Positions 19,649 through 29,183 of a stretch of DNA of 64,000 nt are shown here, in pieces (position 1 is the first letter of the stretch; each line of letters begins with the position of its first letter). Both the position numbers and the translations under genes were made by a program. Under the pieces are notes generated by a model. The model did not search any database. It saw only the letters and a list, made by a program, of their open reading frames with translations, and was not told the DNA's origin. The DNA is from Trypanosoma brucei (lineage: Eukaryota). Where the stretch lies: contig CM000208.1 in assembly GCA_000002445.1 (NCBI GenBank), forward strand, positions 3,616,001 to 3,680,000, given 5' to 3'.

Positions 19649-20368
19649 ATGGCAGGCGGATCTACCTCCCCGGCCGTACGGGCACAGCAGATGATGAAAA
19701 CTGCGGACTTGGTGAACAAGTTCGTCATATCAACAGCACAGTTCTTGAATAGGTTTGCTGCGTATTGTGAAAGTAAGCTGCTTGAAACAAACCGGTCACT
19801 TCAGCGGTTGGAGACTCTTACACTGTTATTGGAAGCCAAAATCGCGAGCGTGGACGATGAGCTTAAGGAGACCCAACCGCAGACTGTTGAAGGTCAGACT
19901 ACCGTGAAGGCCCTAGGCGACAATGTGGCAAGGCTGATGATACCCGACCGCCAGGTTCCTCCACCCATGCCCGGGCTTTCGCCGGAGGGCGGCCAGCGGA
20001 GGTTACCACCACCACCGCCTTCGCATCAAAACCGGAAGGGTCCTCCCCCACCCCCGGGTTCAGCGGCACCAGCCGTCAAAGCCCCTCCTCCCCCTCCGGT
20101 GCCGCTTCCACCCCTGATGCCCGGGCCTCCACCACCGGGTGCGCTGCCGGTGCAACCCCCACCGATGCCACTAATGGGTGGCGTGCCAATGAGGTCCCAC
20201 CCACGACTTGCCGGTTATTATCAGATGCTGGCCTTGAGGGTTCCGGCGGAGGTCATAAAGGAGAAAATGCGATCAGATGGGTATCAACCCGAGTGGTTGG
20301 ACACCCCTGATGCCGTGTCTCCATCAGCACTGCCAAGTAGAAAGAGGGACATGTACGATTCCGATTAG
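19649..20368 (+). CDS. Proline-rich small protein with WASH-complex subunit 3 (CCDC53/WASHC3)-like N- and C-termini (BRK1-like coiled coil)
   Basis: 'DLVNKFVISTAQFLNRFAAYCESKLLETNRSLQRLETLTLLLEAKIASV' resembles human CCDC53 'AFLNQFVVHTVQFLNRFSTVCEEKLADLSLRIQQIETTLNILDAKLSSI'. The C-terminal 'RLAGYYQMLALRVPAEVIKEKMRSDGYQPEWLDTPDAVSP' resembles CCDC53 'RYARYLKMVQVGVPVMAIRNKMISEGLDPDLLERPDAPVP'. The central linker is poly-Pro. The alignments are from memory. Confidence 0.55.
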   Translation: MAGGSTSPAVRAQQMMKTADLVNKFVISTAQFLNRFAAYCESKLLETNRSLQRLETLTLLLEAKIASVDDELKETQPQTVEGQTTVKALGDNVARLMIPDRQVPPPMPGLSPEGGQRRLPPPPPSHQNRKGPPPPPGSAAPAVKAPPPPPVPLPPLMPGPPPPGALPVQPPPMPLMGGVPMRSHPRLAGYYQMLALRVPAEVIKEKMRSDGYQPEWLDTPDAVSPSALPSRKRDMYDSD

Positions 20369-20889
20369 ATGCACAACATCTATCCTAATCTCTTTATTCG
20401 TTGAAGGTATCGGCCAAGGTTGTGTCTATGATATGGATGTGGTGCATTTTGCAGTTGAATGGCGTTAGGCTTGCTTCGCCGTCGGCCTACGTGTACCGGG
20501 GAAGGTTCATAATTTCTCTGCGCGTTGGTGTGGGTTTTTTCTTGTTATATTGTTGGGTGATTTCCGTTGTACCCAGACCTTAATGCAGACACATGCGTGC
20601 ATACAGGAAAACACATGTGAGTGGTAATATTATTATTACTTTTATTTTTATTATTTATTCCATTTACTCTCCCCGATTACTTCAAAGTGCGTGGCTGTGA
20701 GAGAGGTATACAAGTTGTTACCCACACGGCAATACGTGAAGAAGGTTAAAGAGACCCTGCCGTTGCGGCAGTTTGTACCTGAGGTTGTACGTTACACGGG
20801 TGCAGGGGCGGCACAAAAAAACATAAATTAGCGTAAAGGTGCGCGGAGCTTTGTTTAAAACAAGTTCATCTACTGCGAAACATAACACA

Positions 20890-21702
20890 ATGCGACGGGG
20901 AAGTGGATTTGTGCACCTCAACACACCGGCGGCAATCTCCTACTCTCCAGGGCAACAAGTCTCTCTATCGGATCTCCGACAAAAGCGCCGCCGTGAGGAA
21001 TGTGTCGTATTACCCCCTATTATGACCGTGTGGCGGAGCGCCTTTAGTCAATACACGAAGATGTGGGGTTTAACTAAGTTTGCAGGCGATATCGAAGCTG
21101 AACGGGAAGGTGAGGGACCAATTTTACCACCCATAAGGGAGGAAACAGTGGTCAAGTCAACCACTCACAGTTTCAAAGGGAAAAGTACGACCGTAGCCGC
21201 TGCCGTTGCTACCCCACCAGGGGAAAAAGGTATCGAAATCGTGTCACACCACAAGCTTTGTGGTAAGCAGAGGTTTGTTTATCCTGATCATGATGGTGTG
21301 CTATCATCGGGAATAGTACCGAAGGTTGTGATATCAAAAGAGGAAGAGGAGGAGATGGAAGCGAACAAAAAATACTATATTTCCCCACAGGAAATGACTG
21401 AAGAGGAGCGGAATGCTTTCGAGGAATTGGATGCAATGTGGAAGAGCTACGCCCGTGGCCGTAGCGAACAAGGGGCAAGACACAGGGCATTTGCTGGCAC
21501 CGTTACACCCGGGGATGCCATGACAGAAGTTGAAGAAGAAACGGGGAACAACCGTGGAAATGCACGACGAAGGCTAGAGTCTCATACACCAAGGCAGCAC
21601 CCACAGGAATCTGCTGCGGAGGGTAATTCGGTAGCACATAATACTGAAGAGGCGCTAGATGATGCACTGCGGTTAATTGATGAACTGTTAGAGTTCAACT
21701 AA
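20890..21702 (+). CDS. Hypothetical protein (270 aa) with an acidic stretch 'EEEEEME'
   Basis: The ORF-track start at 20839 is GTG. The first ATG is at 20890 ('MRRGSGFVHL'). No recognisable domain. It lies on the transcribed strand. Confidence 0.4.
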   Translation: MRRGSGFVHLNTPAAISYSPGQQVSLSDLRQKRRREECVVLPPIMTVWRSAFSQYTKMWGLTKFAGDIEAEREGEGPILPPIREETVVKSTTHSFKGKSTTVAAAVATPPGEKGIEIVSHHKLCGKQRFVYPDHDGVLSSGIVPKVVISKEEEEEMEANKKYYISPQEMTEEERNAFEELDAMWKSYARGRSEQGARHRAFAGTVTPGDAMTEVEEETGNNRGNARRRLESHTPRQHPQESAAEGNSVAHNTEEALDDALRLIDELLEFN

Positions 21703-22298
21703 CATCGTGGTGGAGCGCGCTGCCACTGGGATCCGCATGAAGATACCTTCCTTTGAACCGCATACGTTGCGTTCGGGACGTTTCCTCAAGGGTACTGGTC
21801 GACAGCTTTTTTTTTTTTGTAATCCACAATTACCTGTTGCTTTCACCAGCTGCTCCAGGTTTTTCGGGTTCTTTGCGCAGCCGCGTGCTCCCTTGCCTTT
21901 TTGTTGTTGATCATTCCAAATTCCATCGACACGTGCGTACATCTGCAGGTAGGTTTATGCGTGTGCAAAACCTGATTGTTGACGGAGGCGAGATATGCGT
22001 TTGTCCTCGGATAACAACTTTATTTGGAGGAATTTTTAAGTGTTTTTGCTAAAGAGCATATTCCCCCTTTAAGCTGTTCTTCACATTATTGTTGCTGCCG
22101 CCGCTATTTAGTGGTGTGTTAGGCCACAAAAAAAAAGGTTTGATACCCTCCCCCCACCCGCATGAAATACTCTGCTCACATATTCTGTTTGGTTCAATAA
22201 ATGACATTAAATTAAGCGAACATGAGTTTGGTTTACCTCTATTTTTCTTCTGTCGAAGGGAAAGTTGTATTCAAAGTGGAGGGATAGCCCATAACATC

Positions 22299-22883
22299 AT
22301 GTATCGGCTCATGGTTCCGCACAAAACAGCAAAATGGGCCTCTGCAAGTGCTCCGAGAGCATTCCGGAACGCATTCCGGCGATGTAGCACTCAAGAGGGT
22401 GAGGCTGCTGCGGCATCCCGCACGGGTAAATCAACAGTCGGAGACACTTCAGCTGGATGCCAACAGACGGGACCTCAACGCAAGGATTGGCGTACAGGAA
22501 AAGAGGTTGTGTACGTCAAGGGTGTGCCAGTGAAGGGACCGCTACGGAAGTTACCACGCAAAGAACAAATACTTGTGTGCGTTATCTTCTCCATAACGGG
22601 GAGCGCTGCGGTGTATTTTGTTCGACCAGTCATAAGGAATTGTGTAACCAATGGGTTTCTCGGCCTCCCGGAGGACAGCAGTTGGTCAAATGGGCCGTGG
22701 CTTTATCGATTATTGTACGTGTCAATCATGTACCCATCTTACTCCTTTCTGTTGTTTGTTATTGGCTCCCTATTCGGACGCCGTGTGTGGTTTTCCTTCA
22801 TGATCCACAAAATGTGGTCACGTTTCTTGCCAAAGAAGGCCGCAAAACGACTCAAACACATGCTTGATTTGCAACATTACTAA
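22299..22883 (+). CDS. Hypothetical small membrane protein with a mitochondrial-presequence-like N-terminus and two predicted C-terminal transmembrane helices
   Basis: The ORF-track start at 22089 is TTG. The first ATG is at 22299 ('MYRLMVPHKTAKWASASAPRAFRNAFRRCS', basic and hydroxylated with no acidic residues). The hydrophobic segments are 'ILVCVIFSITGSAAVYFV' and 'WLYRLLYVSIMYPSYSFLLFVIGSLFG'. Confidence 0.4.
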   Translation: MYRLMVPHKTAKWASASAPRAFRNAFRRCSTQEGEAAAASRTGKSTVGDTSAGCQQTGPQRKDWRTGKEVVYVKGVPVKGPLRKLPRKEQILVCVIFSITGSAAVYFVRPVIRNCVTNGFLGLPEDSSWSNGPWLYRLLYVSIMYPSYSFLLFVIGSLFGRRVWFSFMIHKMWSRFLPKKAAKRLKHMLDLQHY

Positions 22884-23625
22884 CGTCTTGCCGCATCCGC
22901 TTGAGCTACAGGTGGACGTGTGTGCCTTTGAGGAGCGTGGAAAAAATTAAACGGGTGGCGGGGTAGAAGGTTCCTTCCGGCGCGCCGTCACTTTCGTGCA
23001 GTTTCACGCTCAGTTTCAGTGGACGTTTCGTGCAGACATATGACTCGAACATTACAGAGAGGGAAAAATGTAACACAGATTTATTAACTTCTAAATGCCT
23101 GCCGCAGGCAATGAATAGGAGTATGGGTAAATATCTTCGGACGCCTAGGCGCCGTGCCGTACGTTTTTGTATGGAGCGGTGGAAGCGGCTGTTATTTATT
23201 GTTTGTCTTACATTATTCGTTGATTGCAACGTATTTACCGCACGTGTGTTTTGTCTTTGCTTCCAAAATGGGATTCACTAGGGAAGTGATTTCGTTACGG
23301 CATCGCGTTCAACTGTACACTGCTTTTTCTGCTTGTTTTGCTTTCTCCCTGCTGGTGTGATTCAATTTTTTACAATGGCATGTATATATTTGCATGCGTG
23401 TCGACTACCTCTGTTTTCTTCTATAAGTTGTTGGAAGGAAGTGGGGAGAAGAGAAACTCTACCCACTGTTAACGATTCGTGAAGCGTCGCAGCAAAAAAA
23501 AAAGTAGTAGTAGGTTTATCAAAAAGTTTGCTGTCGGTGAATAGAGGGGCGCGGGCTGAAGTGGAGGGGTGACAAGTGCGGAGTATTAGAAAGAGAAGCA
23601 ATAGAGCAAATTTGAGTCAATAACA

Positions 23626-24438
23626 ATGTCAGATTGGAAGGCCGCTGCGAATGTGTTTGGCCGAGGAACGGCTGCCGGTGACGCCATTTACCGGTGCTAC
23701 GCCCGGCCAGTTAAGGAGAGTACCTTAGACCCGGTGCTGTTAGAACATTTCAAGAAGTTGAGGCGACAAAGAGAGGAGGAAGAAGCCCAAATGTATCGTC
23801 CAAAACCCATTCCAAAATCCAAAGCCATGATCAACCGGCCTCGCCCGTGTGCTGGGCCAAGATTGACAGCAGAGGAGATTGCGAGACGGCGACTTGCAGC
23901 CATACCGCGTAAGAAGCCAGAAAGTGTCATTCAGCGGGAGTTGAGCAGCTTCGCGCCACTGCCAATGCGGAAGTTTAACCGACCGCCTTTGAACGATAAT
24001 GAGAAGGAACGGCTCGGACAAATATTTCAGTTTGGTGAGGTCCCCGGCAAACCAAAGGAGTTCACGGGGGTTATCCGCTCCCGCTATGCCGCGTTGGATA
24101 AACGGTATGGACTGAAGGAAAAATTCGAGGCACTTGCGAAAAAGGTTTTGGAGCTGCGAGAAGAGCTTAACAAGATGCAGGAGGAGCGCCTCTCTGCATC
24201 ACCCCATCACGATGTAGAGACGACAAAAGGAAGGGGACGGGGCGCTTTCAACCTCCTCAGGCGCAACCCGCTTAAAGTGGCGGGGCTGCAGTTACGTGAA
24301 CAGGATATACAGAATGAGATCAGTAATTGCCTGACCGAGATGAAGACACTGGATGCGGAGATTCGCAGACTTAATATAAGGGAGTCGAAGGATCACGGTG
24401 TGGAAATCGGTGGGGACAGTGTTGAGGCCATTCCATAG
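23626..24438 (+). CDS. Hypothetical basic protein (270 aa) with a C-terminal coiled coil
   Basis: ATG at 23626. The C-terminus 'KFEALAKKVLELREELNKMQEERL...LDAEIRRLNIRE' has heptad character. No family recognised. Confidence 0.5.
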   Translation: MSDWKAAANVFGRGTAAGDAIYRCYARPVKESTLDPVLLEHFKKLRRQREEEEAQMYRPKPIPKSKAMINRPRPCAGPRLTAEEIARRRLAAIPRKKPESVIQRELSSFAPLPMRKFNRPPLNDNEKERLGQIFQFGEVPGKPKEFTGVIRSRYAALDKRYGLKEKFEALAKKVLELREELNKMQEERLSASPHHDVETTKGRGRGAFNLLRRNPLKVAGLQLREQDIQNEISNCLTEMKTLDAEIRRLNIRESKDHGVEIGGDSVEAIP

Positions 24439-24924
24439 AAATATTTCACTGGGGAAAGTAAAAAGGGCGAAAACCCTTCCTTCTTTGATGGTCCCCCCGT
24501 TCCTACTTTTAACTTTTAATTCCACGCTAGCATTTCCATTTCCGGAAGTGTCCTCGGCCCCTGTTATTAGCACCGAGTGAAATTCAGGATAGGCAAGGAG
24601 TGTGCAGCGGTGACAATCGAGAACAACGAGGATGGGATGAACATGACGGGCATGCGGATCCGCGAAAATTGCTTATTTATTCTTCTGTTTTCTAAGTCGG
24701 ACTAGTGATTGAATCGAGGAGGGAAGAAAGGAAAAAAGGGGGACGAGGGGAACCTACTTTTTTAGTGAGGTGACGATTCCATGGTACTGTTTTTTTTTTC
24801 CTGTATTCATAGCGGTTCTAGAGCCCCTCCAACGGGGATACCAGTTCACAGCGGTTGGGGTGGTCTAAGAGAGACCAAGCGCGTGTGCATTGATGCTTGT
24901 TTGTGTAACATACAGTAAGTTTGT

Positions 24925-24950
24925 GAGTGTGTGTGTGTGTGGGGGGGGGG
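24925..24950. repeat. (GT)n followed by a G10 homopolymer
   Basis: 'gtgagtgtgtgtgtgtgtgggggggggg'. Confidence 0.9.
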
Positions 24951-25099
24951 CGAAAAGCCAGTCGCACGTGTTGATCTTCTACCACTTACCTATTTTTTCT
25001 ACGTTTTGTAACTGTACTGCATCTTCTGCCATAGGGCGAAGTGCGGCTTGTAGGTCGCAACCGCACCTGTAACCCCTGCCAGGTACAGTTGTTAGGCGA

Positions 25100-28000
25100 A
25101 TGCAGAGCGCGGGAAGCGATGGGGAGCCGGCAGCTTGTACCAGTGCCATTTCAGCGTTGCAGCTTACCAACAGCTCTGCAGCTGTACTCTGTGGTGAAAA
25201 AGCACCCGAGATGTCCATCACACTGCTAGATGAAATAGTGCAGTTCCTGTCACCACTTCAGCTGCAAGGGTACATCTCCCGAATCATTGATGTTTGTGGT
25301 ACGCAACGAGTTGAGGAGCTCATACTGTGTGTTAGGTGCGAGAAGGATGTGGAAAACTTACTTGGAGAGCGATCGTCTCTGCAACAGCGACAAAATATGT
25401 GGAAGGGTTTGTGCAAGTATAAAAAGCTAGCTGCAAAGCGCCTGCAGCAGGAGATGAGGAAGAATGTGCCTCCCAAACGAACCCGTGTTGGTGTATTGAA
25501 CCCTACTGCTGGTCTCACCGGCGGTGCCACAACAACGACAAGTAGTGGAATCGGAGCCCCACCTCTGCGCCCGAAGCCTTTGTTCGATGCGTCAATTGGG
25601 TTCATTAATCGGTTAGCGTTTGCAGGGTACCAAGACAGTGGAGCTGACTTGGAGAAGCAGGACTTACCTCTAAATGTAGACAGCTTTCAGAAGACTTCTC
25701 TTGAGCTCGGTAATGGGGTACAGGATGTGGTAGCTCCACTTCAACTCAGTTTGCAGACGTTAAGTTCCTTGGGTTCCTCGCACATTTCGTTGAGTAGTCC
25801 GACCTCTTCTGGGGAGAAGCGCTACCGCCATGAGCGAGTACCACTTGTTTCGCTGTGTACCGCGGGGAAAGCGGGCGACGACCCCGAACATGGGGGTGCA
25901 GTGTATTGTGGTGAAATGTGGAGCTGTTCAAGTGAAGAGGATGAGGGGGTTGGGGCAGCACCCACCACGACATCATCACCGGAAAGGCCTGACTCTCACG
26001 TGAAGGAAACCATGGAACTGTGCAAAGCACAGTTAGATCAGCTGAGGAGAACGTTGAATGCAGCCGTTGAAGAAGCCGTATCGGTGTATAACAACGGGCT
26101 GCAGATACTGCAGGCGTGCCTAAAGGACGCGGTTGGTGACGTTTTGCCAGGAATTAGCAGTATCGCTACCGATGAAATTCGTGTCGAAGTGTTAGCTTTT
26201 ACTCAAACCCCGAGGCTGCGAGTGGAATTACACCCCCAGGAGCAACTCTGTGCTCTGGCACCGGACGATGCGATGAAAGCTACTTCGTCAGAAACGGCCA
26301 TGAAAGAGGCGCCTAATTCGCCTTGTCACAATCAAAGTTGTACTGGACCTCCGTCCGTGGGGGAACGGGGCGCATTAGAAGAGATCATTGCTGACGATGC
26401 GCCTATTTCCTTACCAGTGAGGGCAAGGGAACCCTCGTGTTCTTCTACCGTCGTTCCCAGCAACGCAGTCGGTTCATTTCATCCGCAGGTACCGAATGCA
26501 TGTGGTGAAAGCAACGCCACGCGAAAGAGCCCCCAAAACGAGCGTAATCATATGTTTCAAGAGATCTCTTGCAACGAACCAGGCGCTGTGTTGGAAAACA
26601 ATGCCACTGTCGAGTGCGGGGAGGACAGTTGTCGAAGTGTGCGCGTGTCAACCCCCACTGTTGTTGCCGTACCGTCTATTAGGAATACCGAAGCAACTCC
26701 TACGAGTGGCCCAGGTGGTGTGCGCTGCCGAGAGGCGATATTAATTTCGAGTGCGAGTAGGACGAGCGGTAGTTCCACTGCGCTCAATCATGTGGGTCAT
26801 GTAGGGGTGAGCACGACACCCGATGGAAACGGCGACTGTAATGTTGTTGAGGGAGCCGAAACTTCCGAGCCGTTTGATACTTCTCCTTTAGGTGAGTTTG
26901 GTCTGCATGCCATTCCACGCCCTGCTGACGTCAGAACCGTGCTTTTTGACTCACCGCAATGGCACATTGTTACACGGCAGGGGAATGAAGACTACTCGCA
27001 GATCATCGCTGGGAGTCAGGTTATTTATGTGGATGATGCCTCATCTAGCGTAACTGCTGCGGTAGGGCCAAAAGATACTACTAAACAGTTTGGCAATGTT
27101 GTTGATGCCCACTGGAACATGAACAAGTGTGGTGTTGGCTCCCCGGAGGCGACTACGATGGGCGGCACCTCGCTTCGACAGCGAAGCCTTTCCATAGTGG
27201 AAGATACCATGCCCATACAGGAATTGCATGATGTTGAGCAGGAAACGGTGTGTCAACGACAAAACGGTTTGGACTCATACTTACCCTTGTCGGAATCGTC
27301 AAATACAACAGGAGTCGTCGAGCGCTCTCTCGAGCCGTACGAATCCACCACTGCTTTTGAATTGTCCGTAATGGAGAACGCGGGCCCCAGCAGTCATTCC
27401 CAAGGAATCTCCGGACGGGGAAGTGATACGAATGCGGTCGAGTTTCTTGACGGAGAGCACTGTGGCAACGCCATGGCGCCAACCCGGTTTTTAACTGACA
27501 TACTTACCCCTACGACGTCCCCGCGACCGCCTGGTACATGGAGTGCAGTGGAGACGCCAGAGAAGGATAATTCGACTCAGATTAACATGGTGGAAGGTTT
27601 GATGGGAGAAGACATCAATGCATTGGATTATGATACCTTGAAGGATTTGTGCGGCAAGCTGGGTCTTAAGGTCCCCGGTGACTATACTTTTGGCGATTGT
27701 GATGATGAGAGTCAGTTTATTGGCAGCGCGTTCAGTCACCAAAATGATGAAATTTGTGACTCCACAGGGCTGTCTGGTGATAACGGCAATAGTTGCCCTG
27801 CGCACGATGCGGTTAATGGGGCGTTTGCGGTGTGTGGTGGTGATGCTGGAAATGAGGAAACACTTCAGCAACCACCGCATGGACAAAAGGGTTACACACC
27901 TCAACTGAGTGGGTTGTTGACGCGAGATGAAAGTGAGAACTGTGGTAAGAGGTCAGCTGCCACACCTCCCTTCTCCATGGATGCAGAGGATTCCGAGTGG

Positions 28001-28744
28001 TATGATGCGCAACGTACTGCGAAAGAAGGGCAAATGCGGGAAGTGCTTCGACTGTTCATTACGCGGCATTTCTTCATGCAAGATGTGGCAGCGTTTTTCC
28101 TCCATCGTTTGCCACGGTTCTCGGGTGGATCTGCATATAAACGACTTCGGGTCAGCGATTTCTTGAAAACGCGCTTTGTTTTAACCCAGGGGGAGCTTGA
28201 GGAGGAACGACGTGTTGCGAGAGTTAAGGAGTTGGAAGAGATGAACTGCTGTGTTCTCTCTAGTCTTGCTGGTGACTCGGCCGAGCGTGTTGAAAGGCAA
28301 GCACTTAATTTCTTGAGGAATAATACGGCGTCTCTCGGCGATCAACAACTAGACTCATCACTTATATTCGATCCAAATCGCTCATCCAGCCAGGTGGACA
28401 ACGCGGATCAAGATGAGCTTTCGCTTTATGAAAAACTGCTTCTCATGGAACCAACTGATGTTCATACTGTAACGGGACTTGTGCAAACGGACTTTCCACA
28501 TGTGACTCGACATCGCGTGGAGACACTTATGAGGGAAGCCGGTGTTCCTATAATCTGCTTGCAGCGTGTTCACAACACTCAGGGACCTGCTGACGGCGAT
28601 GTCGATGTGACCCAGCGCCCAACTACACCCACTTCACCGACAGGGAGTTCACGTACTGAAGTAACCCAGCGCAATCAATTTCACAACCGGAAAAAAAAAT
28701 TCTTTGCCCAACGCACTTTGTTCACACGTGCGCGCGATCGATAG
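25100..28744 (+). CDS. Hypothetical 1214-aa protein, largely disordered and Ser/Thr-rich, with weak SAP-like and CUE/UBA-like motifs
   Basis: ATG at 25100. 'LDYDTLKDLCGKLGLKVPGDY' is SAP-like. The C-terminal 'LVQTDFPHVTRHRVETLMREAGVPIICL' is CUE/UBA-like. It is a long uninterrupted ORF. Confidence 0.55.
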   Translation: MQSAGSDGEPAACTSAISALQLTNSSAAVLCGEKAPEMSITLLDEIVQFLSPLQLQGYISRIIDVCGTQRVEELILCVRCEKDVENLLGERSSLQQRQNMWKGLCKYKKLAAKRLQQEMRKNVPPKRTRVGVLNPTAGLTGGATTTTSSGIGAPPLRPKPLFDASIGFINRLAFAGYQDSGADLEKQDLPLNVDSFQKTSLELGNGVQDVVAPLQLSLQTLSSLGSSHISLSSPTSSGEKRYRHERVPLVSLCTAGKAGDDPEHGGAVYCGEMWSCSSEEDEGVGAAPTTTSSPERPDSHVKETMELCKAQLDQLRRTLNAAVEEAVSVYNNGLQILQACLKDAVGDVLPGISSIATDEIRVEVLAFTQTPRLRVELHPQEQLCALAPDDAMKATSSETAMKEAPNSPCHNQSCTGPPSVGERGALEEIIADDAPISLPVRAREPSCSSTVVPSNAVGSFHPQVPNACGESNATRKSPQNERNHMFQEISCNEPGAVLENNATVECGEDSCRSVRVSTPTVVAVPSIRNTEATPTSGPGGVRCREAILISSASRTSGSSTALNHVGHVGVSTTPDGNGDCNVVEGAETSEPFDTSPLGEFGLHAIPRPADVRTVLFDSPQWHIVTRQGNEDYSQIIAGSQVIYVDDASSSVTAAVGPKDTTKQFGNVVDAHWNMNKCGVGSPEATTMGGTSLRQRSLSIVEDTMPIQELHDVEQETVCQRQNGLDSYLPLSESSNTTGVVERSLEPYESTTAFELSVMENAGPSSHSQGISGRGSDTNAVEFLDGEHCGNAMAPTRFLTDILTPTTSPRPPGTWSAVETPEKDNSTQINMVEGLMGEDINALDYDTLKDLCGKLGLKVPGDYTFGDCDDESQFIGSAFSHQNDEICDSTGLSGDNGNSCPAHDAVNGAFAVCGGDAGNEETLQQPPHGQKGYTPQLSGLLTRDESENCGKRSAATPPFSMDAEDSEWYDAQRTAKEGQMREVLRLFITRHFFMQDVAAFFLHRLPRFSGGSAYKRLRVSDFLKTRFVLTQGELEEERRVARVKELEEMNCCVLSSLAGDSAERVERQALNFLRNNTASLGDQQLDSSLIFDPNRSSSQVDNADQDELSLYEKLLLMEPTDVHTVTGLVQTDFPHVTRHRVETLMREAGVPIICLQRVHNTQGPADGDVDVTQRPTTPTSPTGSSRTEVTQRNQFHNRKKKFFAQRTLFTRARDR

Positions 28745-29183
28745 GTCGCACTAAGGACTCGCAAAATGCGGAAGAAATTCTGGGTGTGTCGCAGGAAATG
28801 CAAAAAAAAAAGAATGTTGATGAACCTGTCTTGCGATCGGAATCTGGTTCCCTCCTCTCTCTTCTTTTTCAGTTCACATTCTGTTTTTGTAACGGGTTAT
28901 CGAACACATGTCCCTGTACTTCTTTTGTTCTGTTCGTGAGCTGCCTCTTTAACACGTACTTTTTGCTTCCTCGCCTCTCTTCACTTTTCATTGTTACTCT
29001 TCTTGTTGACAACCGTTACATACGTATACATGTGCGTCTGTAACAACGTTGTTCCAAGTGTAAAAAGTTGAAGCAAAAGTTTGCTCAGTTTTTTTTTTTC
29101 GTTGCAACGGGCGTGGATCTCGCTGTTGTGCGTTTTGTATCGTGGTGCATCATTAAAAGAGAAGGTTCTTACGGGGTTCAACA

